Of a stretch of DNA of 64,000 nt, positions 62,871 through 64,000 are shown in pieces (the first letter of the stretch is position 1; each line of letters starts with the position of its first letter). Origin of the DNA: Narcine bancroftii (taxonomy: Eukaryota); NCBI RefSeq assembly GCF_036971445.1, contig NC_091475.1:5642001-5706000 (forward strand), read 5' to 3'. A program made the position numbers and the translations under genes. Below the pieces are notes generated by a model. That model was not told the DNA's origin. It saw only the letters and a program-made list of their open reading frames with translations, and searched no databases.

Positions 62871-64000
62871 GTACTCAGTACAGCTTTGTTGTTCAGTAAT
62901 TTACACTGTTAAATGATGTTGTACCTTTTATATTGTATTTTAAAGGAGAGGGTAATAAATGAGATCACAATGGTTCATATGCTGTGGTCGACCATAATTC
63001 TAATGAAGAACATGATAGTCATTTTGATAGGTGACTGAACTCATAATAATTGATATTTGCCATGGATTGGATTGTTGTCACAACATTTTTTGTTTTGGCA
63101 ATATCTAATTGGGTAGAGTTCCTGATGGATTCTGTTTGGTTCGTTTTCAGTGCAATGTTTCCAATGTCAACTAATCCAACACAAAAGTTTGAGGAATTGA
63201 TTATGGGTGAGATGCGTCCAGTGTAAATCGAAAATCTACCGCATCTTAGAATAGTTAACAAAATATTCCGGAAGGAATTGGTGCCACTGATGGCGCTGCT
63301 CATACCGACAGAACAACTTGTCACTACTTTTGTGGACAGTTGAAGAGCTTTTGGGGGGAGGGAGGGGCAGAAACATAATGGGCACCCTAGTTGCCATTGA
63401 AACTAACAAATGGTTCTCTATAGCACTTCAAAGTCATTTAAGACACTGATATTGATTACATTTATAATTTTTGTGAAGAATTTATTGTGGTAATATGATT
63501 CTTTGCAAATCGGTGTGATAGGAGTCAGTCTTGTAATGATCATGTTTTCGGGTTTTGTATCTTAAATTTAAATTTAGACATACAGCATCATTACAGTCTC
63601 TTTCGTCCCACAAGCCTGTGCCGCCCAGTTACACCTAATTGACCCTCAACCCGCTATGGTTTGAAGGGTGGGAGGAAACTGGAGCACCCGGAGGAAATTA
63701 ATGCAGACACAAGGAGAATGTGCAAACGCCTTACAGAGTGCTGGATTCGAACCCTGGTTGCTGGCTCACTACTACATTAACTGTGTTGCCCTTGTTGAAC
63801 ATGTTTTCAATGTGAATTCATTTTAAAAAAAATGCCTTGGCAGTATTTTGGCTAAGGATGATAAATGTAGGTTGAGTTCTGCTGTGCTCCCTCCTCCACC
63901 TTATTCAATGGGCAAATGTTGAGTGAATGCCAATGTTTAAAGAGAAGTAGTAGGAAAAGCTGGTGGGAAACCTGTTGTTTCCTCGTGTATTATGCAATTT

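Overview
Vertebrate nuclear DNA, most likely from a cartilaginous fish (inferred from the CR1/Rex1/Penelope/RTE/SINE repeat mix). It is not prokaryotic, and I saw no CRISPR, rRNA or tRNA. Five genes are present. PCNP (exons 1-2, minus), TRMT10C (single coding exon, minus) and TXNL4B (3 coding exons, plus, 149 aa) are clear. There is also an intact intronless FAM172B/ARB2B-like ORF (minus) and a probable 5' end of SENP7 (plus, assigned mainly by synteny). This matches the human chr3 SENP7-FAM172BP-TRMT10C-PCNP block, with TXNL4B sitting inside it. The rest is nested transposon debris plus a ~13.2 kb G-rich ~30-31 bp minisatellite with higher-order structure that runs directly into a CpG island. 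The most notable points are the intact FAM172B with a Ser->Gly change at the hydrolase elbow, the giant promoter-abutting array, and a dimeric hAT-type MITE family in which two of four copies carry foreign DNA, one piece apparently copied from ~21 kb away in this window. I found no unequivocal new biological system. Gene names come from recalled protein sequences, not from searches.
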